Below are positions 47,529 through 60,600 of a DNA stretch of 64,000 bases, in pieces. Below the pieces are notes generated by a model, which was given only the letters and a program-made list of their open reading frames with translations, searched no databases and had not been told where the DNA came from. Numbering within the stretch: the first letter of the stretch is position 1; each line of letters begins with the position of its first letter. This stretch comes from Phoronis australis (taxonomy: Eukaryota > Animalia > Phoronida), in NCBI GenBank assembly GCA_002633005.1, contig NMRA01000286.1:360503-424502 (forward strand). Reading direction: 5' to 3'. The position numbers were made by a program, and so were the translations under genes.

Positions 47529-48287
47529 CAATACTGTGTCCACTTACAAACAAGTTCATCATAGCACATCTAAAGATAAGTAAAACATTCTGTAAAGCAC
47601 TCTACTTCTTCACAGAACACTACGCAAAGTTGAGCTAAGACGCATAGATTAACTCGGCACTAATCAATTGCTAAAAACACTTGTGTTCTCATCTCAATTA
47701 TGGAATGTAATCATCCATTAAGTTATCAGTCAAAAATCTTCGTGTGTCGCATCATAAGACCTGTTCTAATCATTCAGCTTATCACAGCAAAACCTCCCAT
47801 AAATTTATTATAATATAAAATATATTCAAGCAACAAAAATAATACAATACCATTCATCATTTTCTATTTACTCTACAAAAATAAAAACTCAAAATATACA
47901 CAGTGCAAAAAGATTTGTCTTTGGTAAAGATAAAGGTAAAGATTAGGCCACACAGAAATATTAAAATTATATTCAATCTTCATTTGGAAACCAAACACAA
48001 ACATTGTTTTCAGCTTACAAGTGTGGTAAAGATTTTAGGAGCACAACAAACAAAATCCTTGCACACAACATGAATCATGATTGCTGTGGATTGGGCTGCT
48101 GACCAACAGAGCTCAGTCAGTGCAAACAAAAAGGAAGTCTTTACAAGCACCTCCACTACGTCAAGATAGAATCGTGCGCTAATTTGTCAAAAATAGTAGC
48201 AACTCCATGAGCAATCTCTTCAAGCAATACTTAAATAAATTCAATAGTCACAAACATGTAAAAGCTGAGGGTGGCAGTGTATCGCTT

Positions 48288-48668
48288 CTACTTCCTTCTG
48301 GATACAGGGGTTCTGGCAGATGGACTGGGACCTGTGGAGGTACGTCCTCTGCTGAGCACGCTCCGCGCGGCTGGTGTCGATGTAACGCGACCAAGTCTGA
48401 TGGGTGAAGTGCTGCGTGTGGGTGACCGTCTGTGTGGTGAGATGCGAGACATGCCTGGCCCGGAATGGAAGTCAACAGTGTCATCCAGCTTCCTGGTCTC
48501 CGCCTCCAACAGGATGGGGTCAAGTGTGGGGTCACGGGCAATGTTGGACAGAGAGTTGTCCAGCACGCTACGGATGTCTTTGATCTCGTCGCCAGCACGT
48601 GCACTACGCGAGATGTACTGCTGGCGCTTGCGGATCTCCTGGTTCAATTGGTCCTTCAATGTGGAGTT
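48288..48668 (-). CDS. CROCC: Rootletin terminal exon (NSTLKDQLNQEI...PVSRRK*)
   Basis: gttctag acceptor; phase 0; 127 codons to TAG. Confidence 0.92.
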   Translation of the reverse strand, partial: NSTLKDQLNQEIRKRQQYISRSARAGDEIKDIRSVLDNSLSNIARDPTLDPILLEAETRKLDDTVDFHSGPGMSRISPHRRSPTRSTSPIRLGRVTSTPAARSVLSRGRTSTGPSPSARTPVSRRK

Positions 48669-51600
48669 CTAGAACAGGAAATAACAATGTTCAAATATTG
48701 GAGAACATTACAGGACCTGATCTGATTTAAACACAGAGTCTACTCCCTTTACTCTAAGCTCGACTAAAAATTGACCAATTACACACCACGCTTTGAGTAA
48801 ACTAACAAATTCACACTCAAATCTTGCAGTGTTAATTGTTTAAGTGCTGGGTCTAAGTGCAACCTTAGACTGGAGATTAGACCCTGGCTCCATGTATCAC
48901 ATACATGTGCTTTCACACAAGTCTGCTCTGATGTTTGAAATGATACATAAAGAGCGCGTTCATTAATGCCCATTACTTGTGAGTGAAAGTTTAATTACTT
49001 TATACATGCTTCACTAGAACAGCATTGTAATATTTCATGAAGACTTGCTTGATTTTGCTTAGAGCCTCAAATACTAGACTCACTGAGGGCAGTCCAGGAC
49101 CAACAGTAGTAGTACATATTGCACGCCAAATAATGCAAATCTAGTCTCATACAGTTGAAAAGATCTTTTAACATGGCATTCAGCAAAGTGACACCGACAG
49201 TCTGGACAACACATGACTACAAAGTCCAGACAGTTGTACTCACCTGTTCCTCAAGTCCCTTGACGCGCTGGCGATGAGCACGCTCACGAGCTTCCAGTGT
49301 TCTCTCTGCCTGCACTTGAGCTGTACGCAGGCGGTTGGTTTCCATCTCTGTCTCCTGGCGATGGCGCGTGGTTAGGTCAATCAATCTGTCAAGAGAAAGA
49401 GGCAGAGTAATGCAGACAAAAAGTAAATTGTTTAGAGCACAACAATGTACAATACACTGTATACAAAGGTATATCCATTTACATACAATTTTATTCTCCA
49501 TTAATGCATCTGAAAAAAAAGTTAAGCCTTTTTCCTAAACATTTTCATTTGTGAGAAAGGGAACAAAGAAAACCTTGTTAGCGAACATACAGAATAAAAT
49601 ACCAAAGAAAGTCAACAGAAACTCAGATTCCTGTATTTTTAAAATTTGCATTCGATTTAGGTGGTAGTTACAATAATTTTAACGAAGACAGCTTTTTGGT
49701 AGAAGAGTGAAACACTACCTTGCAAGATGTTCATCAGCCATTTTGGTCAAGCTTGCATTGAAAAGATAGAGCAAAAAACATGTAAATTTTCTGTTTTTGA
49801 GTGAAAGGCAAGACTTGTCCATGCAATGAACAGAACAAACTACTACAATACAGACGAGGTGCAAAAACCATGCATTTTAGTGCGGGTTTGTGAGAAAGTT
49901 ATTTTTTAACTTATTGGGATGTCAACAGATACTGTTGTGTCGACTATTTCAGACAAAAACAAGAGGAACTTATTTTTCAGTTGGACAGCTTTCTACAAGA
50001 CAACGTAACAGAAAGCAGCAGCAATGAACTTTAGTGATGCAGCATGAGTACCTGTATAAGCTAGCTGTTTCATGCAAGTAAACAAGAATAGTAATAAGTA
50101 CCAAGTAGAATGGCAACAGCCAACATGCAAATGCAAAACCTCAGTGGGAAGACTAATACAAGTGACGCATGAATGAGGCAAACGTTTGTATATGCAAAAG
50201 TGAAGAGAACTGGAGGAAAAAACAAGGGACAATCATGTTTCATGCAATGACTGTGTGACTAAAGGAAAATTTCAAGAAGTCCATCTGTAAAAACTTTAAA
50301 GATAGCAAATATTCTCCCACGTCATGCAATCACAAAGAATATGAAAATGCCTTGAGCCTGCAAAATCAACAGCCTTTGAAAATTGAGAGAACGTATTGAT
50401 TTTGTGGGCAGTCATTGAAGTTGATACAGCAACTCGCAAAAACAGTATTTGTGCACCAAGTAGTGCAGTTACTAGACACAATAACAATAGCTAAATCTTA
50501 TGAATTAAAAATATCATAACAGGCCACTGTTATAAAATTCTAACACTTCCACTGAAAGTTTTATGCGACAACACACTGCAGTAAAGAGAACACCACAAAT
50601 ACCAAAACGAGACCAGACATTGTCCAAAATGAGCCACTACGTAGACGTGTCACAAGCTTAATCAGCCCTACCTCTGAGCATGCTGCTGTTCAGTCTCAGC
50701 AACCTGAGCCTCCAGCTGTTGAATCCTGCGCTGCTGCTCAACGTTCTCCTCCTCTAACTTGACCACTGACCGGTCCAGTGTGCCACGCTCGGCCAGGGAC
50801 TTGCTTGCCACTTCTTCTGTACGCAACTTCTCTCGTTCAACCTGCAACCATTAATGTGAATTAGTCCTCGCATCTGAAATATCATGCACAACCAACAACA
50901 ACCTGTGTGTTAAGAAGATTGTATTTTACTGTGTTTCAAACGAAGAATATGACCTTGATCTTTTTTAATGAACCACTTACTTTTCTACTTGCACATTTAA
51001 GACACAGTGAAGTATCCCTAACACTCACCTTATCCAGGGTCTTCTTCAGTGCTGTCTTGTCCTTCTCCAGACGCACCTGTGAGCGCTCTATCTCTCGTCT
51101 CTCTGTCTCCATGTTGGCCAGCTGCCTCTGCAGCGAGGCCACACGCTCGGCCAGGCTTTGCTTCTCTGTGGTCAGCTTCTGCACCTTCTGGTTCAACTCC
51201 TGCTCCTGCTCCTGGCGCTGGATCAGCATCTACAGGAACAAACAGCATTACCTCATAACACCACAGTTTTACATCTAATCATTATACAAGTCCAATACAA
51301 CTTCCAAAGTTGGATCAGTAGGTAGACAATCAAATGAGCATCATCATACAATGTAATACCTTCATGCAGACAATACATTAATCTTACCAGATTTGCACAT
51401 TTTGTATACATGTCAGTGTTGCATAACATTCTGATTCAGACGTGAAATAATGGTCAAACAAAACATTTGTCGAAAATAAATAAGGAAGACATTTTGGACA
51501 TTTTCATAATGTAAATAAGATCTATTCACCATTTTCACTAAAACAAGAAGTGTAACCTAACATAACTTGTCCCTTGGGAAACAACTAAAGAATCATTACC

Positions 51601-54600
51601 GATTGTTGTTTTAATGAATATTCACGCCAAATGTGTATTCAATCACAAAATGTCAAGATATCGTGCGAGAACTCACGTTTCCACTCTGCCTGATCTGGCC
51701 CTCCAGCTCATTGCGTCGCACCTCGTTGTCACCCAACTCGTTCTGAAGAGCCTGAGCACGCTCCATGAGTGCATGGTTCTGCTTCTTGGCCTCGTTATGA
51801 GCTTGTCGTGTGGCATCCAGTCGCTCCTGTAGTACACGACGGTCATGCTCGCTGCTGGTCAATGCACGCTGCAGCTGTGACACACGCTCGTTGAGGTCGT
51901 TGATGGCAGCAGAGCTGTCACTGAGAGACATGTTGAGTGCTTGAACCTATGATGGAGAGCAAGTGAATTTTGGTTAAATAAGAAGAGTGTTTATAAACAC
52001 TGACAAAGGGAGTAACTAAAACATCTTTACACAGACAGACAAATTAGTAAATTCATTGTTTCATATTCAACAAAATTTTTGAAATCCTCCATTAGCACTT
52101 CAATTGCAACAACAAAAAGTTTACTTAATAATAATGGACAGCATTATTTAACATACTCTCACTTATACTTATTTTGTAAGCCAACACTAGCGTATTATCT
52201 TACTAAGATCCAGGCAGATTATCTCCACATGTAACCAGAAGCAGTATTTTCAGACAAAAGCATGACCATTATCTTGTAAAATCAGGCATCAAAACCAATG
52301 CCAAGCGAGCATTTCTGCTTTTCAAAACTTCCTCTGCATCCCTTTCTAGTAAATTGTCTCTTTGCTGAAGTATTGTTGAGCGGACTCACGACATGTCTTC
52401 AATTGGCAGTTCTAAGTGAGCTGACTTGTGGATGAGACGGTCTCACCACCTGGTGTCTGAATGTTCACAAGCTGATATTTTTACTTAAAAAGCACCAAGA
52501 CTAAAGCTCATTCTCAATAGCTGAGATGTCGTTTCTACATAAGATAGGGATCATAGATCAACAGCCAATAGTCAGCCATACCTTGTCCTTGTGCTGAGAT
52601 CCCTCCTCCTCAGTCTTGGACAGGTGCAGGCTGAGACGGTCCACAGTCATCTGCAGTGACTGGCAGTTACCCTCCAGGTCCTGGATCTGCTTGGACAGGC
52701 TCTCCACGCGCTCCTGCAGCACCTATGGGCATATGAATAATGACAGGTTTAGTGAAGCACATAACACTGTATGGTAAAAATTCTTCAACTTGGGGCAAAA
52801 AGAATTGCTAAATTTTTTTTGCCATATTTTTATTTTTCAGAGGCTTGCCACATTGTTCCAAAAATGCTCAAAATATTACCAAATGTTGTTTGGTAATAAC
52901 TGAACCGTACAAGCCTTTAGTGATAAAAGCAAAGAAAATTTTCCTGAAAATTCATTTTTGTTGACAAATTTGACAACATGAAATTTCAACTGCTGCCATA
53001 TTGTATGGGCAGAGTTTAAAACTGCAACTTTTGCAAGGAAAAACAGTGTCAAGTGGCAATTATGAAGTGCTATAACACTATCAAAATCAAATAATTTGTT
53101 TCATAAACCAAAACTTTCAGCACAAGATAAAACGTCATCCAAGCACAGACAGTTTCTCTGCTTAAATGAGAGTTCACAGTGACCATCTGGAATTCATGTA
53201 CACAGAAGTCACCACTTCTAAACAGACACTGAGTACAAATCAAATAAGGCATAAAAATAAATTCATCCATCACTAACAACCATATAATCAAAAGTGAACA
53301 AACCACCATTTTTCTCCTTTCAGACACAATGCTATGAACTCTACGTTTTTTCTGCAGCAGAGCTCGAACATAACACCGCTCTTCACTCATACTGACAGAA
53401 GCACAACTGACTTCACTAACACCAGTGTCGATAAACTAAGGCAGCTGAAGCCTCACATTGCACAATATGAATAATGAATGAACAGATCACAATCTCAGCA
53501 TGGTCTGCACGAAGACTCATCAGCAAACCAATGTCAATTATTTAATAACATCCAACAATACAACCAAATGCATGCCTATAATAGAATCTTCTAGAACAAC
53601 TAGGCAGTTGCAGAGATTACTCGATGAGATGTTCAAAGAACTTTCAAGCCAGAATATCAAAGAACTCAGATTTCCTAAATCAAATAACGCACAGAATCAA
53701 TCATAATAAAGACTTCCGTGTAACTAAGACCACATATATCAGGCAATACCGGCTTCATTCTATAACTACCAACATGCTAACAATTTTAAATATCCAAAAT
53801 GTACACTTCCAATTCTTGAATCCTTGATGTCCCATCAATGAAAATCTTTTATGTCAACTACTCTGAGACCCACTCAATTCCTACTGTCGCCTACCTGGTT
53901 CTCCGTCTCCTTATCATTCAATGCGAGCTTGATACGCTGCATGTCTCCTTCCATGGAGCGGCGCGTCAGCTCTAGCTTGGTGCAGCGGTTCTCCGCATCC
54001 TCCAGGCTGATGCGTAAGTTCTTCTTGTCCTCCTCCAGCTTGTTCTCATTCTGCTTCATCTTCTGCAGTCGTTCCGCCTGCTGACGCTTCTCAGACTCCA
54101 TGCCAGTAATGGTGCGCTCCATGTTGGCGATGGCATCAGCCATACCCTTGCGCTCACGCTCGTTGCGCCGGATCGTCTCTTCCTGCAGCATCAGCGCCGT
54201 TTGCGCACTGGCCAGGCGACCATCAATGCCGCGTTTGTCTGTTTAACGAAAATTCACGAAATGTCAATCAACCACCATTTTGCAAAAGACATGCTGATCA
54301 TAAGTTCCAGTCATTACAGCGACATCAGCATCAAACATATTCTTGGCCAGTAATACTTCAAAGTGGAAACCCTGTTACCAACAATTATCTAAAACAGCTC
54401 ATCCATCCAACTACAGACATGCCCAAGTGACCCATAAAACGAAATCTATTGACAAGACTGTACTGAGAAGTTACTATCCAACTTTCATTATTTCAAAACA
54501 TATTTGCAAGTCACAAGCTGAAGCTGCCATCAAAATGCTGCTCATGTCTGAACTCAACACGGCTGAAACAACCTGCTGATTTATCCCAACAAATCTAAAA

Positions 54601-57600
54601 CAACTCAGTGCATCACAGTCACAACACATTACAGACCTTCCTCAACTTCTCCCAGTGACCTCTGCAAGTTCTGCAGCCTAGCCTCAGTGCGGTTACGGTC
54701 TTCCTCCATTTCCTTCAGTTGCGTGGTCAAGCTGCGAGCCTGAGAGATGGCGTCATCCTGAAGAATACAATGTTGGTTTGAAGCTACATAGCTACAAACA
54801 TTTGTGGTTTCTGATCATGGTTTGTGTTTTCAGAAGAAACATACAGTGGGGTTTAAAAAAATGACCAGACATTTCCTTTAACACAAGTTTTAAATACATG
54901 TACGCAAAACCATATTCCACTTAATTTTTTTTGATGTATTAGATGGCCCTAATGAGTGAAAAAGTCAAAGCTTTAACTTTTATCTATTGCATAACAGATA
55001 GTAGAGTAATGAAACAAGAGCAACGCGGAGCGTTGAAATGCGCCCACGAATGCATCGCAAATGGTGTGCTTTTAGGGTTGCTTATTTGTGTCATAAAAAT
55101 AGCTACTAGATAGTACAAAAATGTCCAAAAACAGGAACATGTCATTGCTTCTTTAACAGAAAGCTAAACACCAAATTTCATAGAAATCAGTCACGGAACT
55201 TCAGAGAAACAAAGGAAAACAGAATAAAATGAAATTGCCACTAGGGGGCACAGTGTTCATTGGATACGCCCAAAAGTCGTAATTGTCTGTTGTTAGCTTC
55301 ATATAAATGAACTTACAAAATTTAATAAAGATCCTGCAGTGGTTTTAGGAGAGGCAGCTATGGGCAAAACTACCACTAGGAAGCGTCATAGTAGTCAAAG
55401 TCATCATCATCAACCGTCCTCTTCACACTGAGAACATATACACCAATTTTCAAAACCTTCCTTAGAATGATTTGGTTTATAGAGAGGTAGACGCCAAAAA
55501 ACAGACTCGAAAAGAGCAAAAATGGCCACTAGGTAGTGCAAAATACCTTGATTCCATCCGAAAACGGGAGGATAGCGTCATCTCACCAATAGATGCCCGT
55601 ATTCAAAATTTTATGAAAACCTGTTGAGGACCTTTGAAGATACAAAGGTAAACGTTAAACTAAAATTGCCAACAGGGGGCATACGAGAAATCAGATCCAT
55701 CCCAAAATCATCGTCGTCTGTTGTCAACATCATATAAACACACTTCTTAAATTTTGTAAACATCCTGCATACAGTTTAGGAGATACAGCCATGGGTGCAA
55801 AAAAGAAACTGCCACTAGGAGGTGTCACAGTAGTCAGTCATCGGAAAATCATCGTCAGCGATCCACTTCATAGTAAAAACATACATGCCTATTTTCACAA
55901 TTATCCTGAAAGCAGTTTGGTTGATAGAGGATTGGATGCCAAAAAACAGACTCGAAAACAGTTAAAATGGCAACTAGGTGGCGCAAACTAGGTCGAATCC
56001 ATCTGAAAATGTAAAGATAGCGTCACCTCACTAACAGAAGTCTGAACGCCAAATTTTATGAAATTACGTTGAGGACCTTTGAAGATACAAAGGTAAACAT
56101 AAAAAAATGAAATTGCCACTAGGTAGCACACCAGTTGTCCGATCTGCCCGAAAGTCGTTGTCGTCCATTTGTCAACATCACATAAATACACTTACTAAAT
56201 TTAGTAAAGATGCTGCAAATGATTCAGGAGATATAACCATAGGCACAAAACAACAAAACTGCCACTAGGAGGCGCCACAGTAGTCGAAGTCGTCGGAAAA
56301 TCATCGTAAACCGTCCTTTTCATAGTAAGAACATACATGTCAATTTTCACAATCATACTTAGAGCAGTTTGGTTGATAGAGGGTGGACGTCAAAAAACAG
56401 ACTCGAAAACAGTAAAAATGGACACTAGGTGGCGCAAACTACGTAGAATCCACCCGAAAACGGGAGGATACTGTCGTCTTACTAATAGATGCCAATATAC
56501 CAAATTTTATGAAAATATGTTGTGGACCTTTGAAGATTCTGAGGTAAACGTAAAAAAACTAAAATTGCCACTAGGGGGCATACCAGTAGTTGGATCTGTC
56601 GTTCGCTAATGCCATCCCATCAATGAAAGGAACACATGTGCAAAATTTCATGAACATACGTCAAACGGTTTTGGAGATAGAGCAGCGGACGCTGCCCAGA
56701 CGGACGCAGATGACGGCATAATGCGTCCACATATAAATATGTGGGCGCATAAAAACACTGGAGAGCCACTTGTGTTGTCATGACTTATCCAGTAAGCAAT
56801 GATGGTACAGGTTGTTAAAACTTGCAATTCACTGAAACAACCTACCCTCTCACGTTCAGAGCTAGCAAGTTGTTGGACAAAGTCACGCAAGGCCAGACGC
56901 ACAGCCTCCGGGTCAATGTCAACACTAGCCATCATGGACTGGTCAAGCCTGGCTGCTTCCATCTGGCTGGCTTCCAAACGGGATGGAGACAGGCTGCGCA
57001 TGGGACTGCCAGGGCGCTCAGGTGAGGCCGGACGCATGATAGGGCTGCCACGGCCATCGGTGGTGGTGGCAAACGTATTGTCAAATCCTGTAGAAATAGT
57101 ACAACACAAGGTTCAATCTGTTTCACGACATGGAGTAGGTAATGCCCACAATTTCGCAAAACATCTGATGGTAGGTACATTATAGAATAATATAATTAAG
57201 CATTTGTTCGGTGCAACTTACACTTCATGAAAAGTATTTAGAAACCAAATTTCAATTGTCTGCCAAATTGCATCCGAAATTGCTTAGATTTTAACAGAAA
57301 AATAAGAACCATATAAGCCTTATCAAAATATATGTACAAAGGCGCACAAACTTTAATGCTATCTGAATAAAAAAGGGACTCTCGATCTTGTCTGGATAAC
57401 GAGCATGCAGAGTTTCCAACTACAACAGCCACAACCTACCCTTAGTGGGCGAGTTAGGTCGTCCACGTCGTGGGCTGGCGCTGCGGGCGCGCAGCGGGCT
57501 CGGAGAGCGCGGCAGTTCCTGCTTGAAGCCAATTGTGCGGCGCAGGCTTGAGTGAATGCTGTTCAACTTGAACTCAATGTCACGCTTGGCACCCTCCACA

Positions 57601-60600
57601 CGGGCCAGATGGGCCTCAAGGGCGTCGACACGGCCCTCTGCGCCGCTGAGCGCAAGCTTCAGCTCGGCGATATCACTGTTAGCCGTCTCCAGCGCAGTCT
57701 CCAGGTTGCGCCGTGTGTCGTCCAACTTCTTGTTCTCACGTCGGCTGTCCTCCAGTGCAGACTGATAGTCTTTTTCACGCACACGGGTTTCATCCTCAAA
57801 TTCAGCCATACGACGCTGAGTCATGGCAAGCTCCTTGCGCAGAGCCTCACGGCTGGCCTCGGTTTCCACAACCTGTAATCAGAGAACAGAAATGTGTGAC
57901 TGTTGCATAGCATAATTAATGAGTAAAACAATCACAAACAATACTGCCACAAACTTTGTTTAAATACGAGAGCATGCTACGTGAACATAACAAACGAAAA
58001 CAAATTATGCCACGTCTTTCATATCTTGTTCTCACACTTCCCCCACCCTTTAGAACTCTCCAAACCACATACCTTCTGCTTCAGTCCAAATGACTCACGC
58101 CTGGCCTCTTCCTCCTTCTCTTCATCATGAGCCACACGTAGCTGCAGGTCGCCGACCTCCTTGCCCAGCTTGCTGCGTTCACTGTCCAGCTGCTTGACCT
58201 GTCGTCGCAGATCCTGCAGTTCACGGCGTGCGTCCAGACGCGCCTTCTCAACTTCGCGCAGGCTTGCACGCAAATCAGATGCCTCTTTCTGGATACCCAT
58301 CTTTTGCTCTTCCAAAACTGAAGTGAGGGAAAAACAACAATGCTTAAGATGATTTAGAATACAAAAAGTAGCATGTTTCTGGGCTTATAACAAAGAACAT
58401 GTGTTCTCCTGATTTCTTAGCATGGTAACTAAGGCAATTCAAGTGCAACCCCAATCAAATCATTCTTAATGTTATCAGGCAGGAAGAATACTTGCCGGTC
58501 ATTAAGAGATCCAATAATAAATCTGCAAACTTAACATATCAAGTTCCTGGGCATGATTCATGTTTTTAAAGAAAATTATTGAGTGAATTTGTTGGGTTTT
58601 GTTTTCATTGGCTTCTGGTTTCCTGGTTCTGTTTTCAATAAAACTTATAGACAGCAGCATCATAAGCTGGCCTAGATTTCTGGGCAGAAATACGATATTT
58701 TGTATTTATCTTTACTACCGAGATAAAATTTTAAAAATCATAGGTTGGTGATCATCCACTCACTAGAGATCTTGTTACGGCTGTCCTGCAGTTGGCGACT
58801 AACTTCCACCTTCTCTGCTTCCGTCCTCTTAATTTTGCCACGCAGCTCCTCATTGGCCTTCTGGCTGGCCTCTTTCTCACGGATCTCATCATTCAGGTTG
58901 CGCTTCAGGTCTAAGTTGTCCTTACGCATGAGCTCCCGTGCCTCATCTCCCTCACGAATCTTGCGGTTAGCCTCGATCAGGTCACGCCGGATGGTGTCAC
59001 GTGTCTCTTCCACCATCTTCAGCTGCACCTTAAGTTCAGCTACCTCGCGAAGAGCGGTCTCCTTCTGACGGTTCAGGTCAATCAGCTGGTTGTTGAGGTT
59101 CTTCAGTTCCTTCTCATGAGCATCACTGAAAATGGACACTGATTGTCAATCAATCTATTCGAGCCTCACATCAACATTGTCAATTCTACAATAAGTTGTA
59201 CTAAAATGCTTACCAGGTGACTATCATAATGGTACACAAAACAGGATTATACTACATCAGAGCTCTCTTAAAGTGTCTGCTCGGAATACAAATATTGATA
59301 CGACAAAATCATCTGGCTTATTTCACAACCTATAGACAAGAGCAAAATGAAAATTACAACTATGATGATTCTGCTCAAATCAAGACTGCTTGGATGATAT
59401 TTCAACATTAACCAAGACAATTCGTTTAATTTCACTAACGTGGCCTCCTCAAACTGCTGGCGGAAGTTGCGCAACTCGGCTGAGACATTGTTAATGGTTG
59501 TCTTATCTGCCTCCTGCCGTGTGTCAGCCTCACGCTTCAGCCGCTGATTGTCCTGCGTTGCCTGGCTTAGGTCACGTGATGTATTCGCCAACTTCTCGGC
59601 TAGTGTGCTCTTCTCCTGCTCCAAGATGGACATGGCCTGCTGTTTCTCGTTTTCAGCCAACAGGAGGGAGTCGTCGCGCTCACGCTGTAGCGAGGCCAGC
59701 TCATTGTTCAGTTCCTCTTGCATACGTGCTGTGCGGACTTCCATGTCCTCCTTCTCCATGTTGAACTGGTGGATCAGCTCTTCTCGCTGCGTCTCCATTT
59801 CAACGCGCTGGTTCTCCTGAGAAAAAAAAACTTCCCATTAGTCCATACTATTACTGTTTGGAATCATTGTACAAATTGAATTCATCTGATGATAATAAAC
59901 AGGGCTTTACAGGCTATCAAATTACATAAAGTCTAATGACATTGGAAATGTTATAAATGAGTGCTGGGCATCTGATAAATCCTCACAATCTCTTGGGAGC
60001 AACAAATCACCAAAAGCAATGTAATTACATCTACAGCTCAATGCCAATACCCTTTTTAGTGTAATCACGTGTGAATCAAGCTTCTTTGAAGTCCCACGCG
60101 GCACCATCATTAAAAACCAATGTTTTTGTTCATGTTGTGCAGTGGAACTCTAGTTTTGGTTCTTTGATACAGCAAGTCAGTCGAATTATACTAGATGAAA
60201 CAATGGACTGAGCTCATTGATTGCATCAAGATTTGAGGGTCCTCACCTGACTTGATCCAGTTTGACCTATTTAGCACTGTGTCAGTCTTAATCAATGTTA
60301 ATAAGTGTTTTTCGTACTACAGTTAGGTGTTCCCAGCATTATTCATCAGTTTGACAGCCAAAGGATCTTATTTCTCAAAGTCGTATGTTCACGAAAGCAA
60401 CAAACACTTCAAATTCTCACTCTCCTTTTAGCTGTTTTCACCACCATTACGGCCAGTCAATTTCAAACACACAATTTATAATCAGAACACATGTACACAG
60501 AAGCTGAACTCACCTTCTCCTTTGTAATTCTCTCCACATCCTCCTCATGGGCCTGTTTCTCTGCCTGTAGAGCGATCTGCAGGTCCTTCTCAGTCTGAGC

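Noticed and set aside
55230-56600. CRISPR-like array of regularly spaced short motifs
   Set aside because: Eukaryotic intron; the intervening sequences are themselves homologous every third unit, spacing is about 145 nt, and there are no cas genes.
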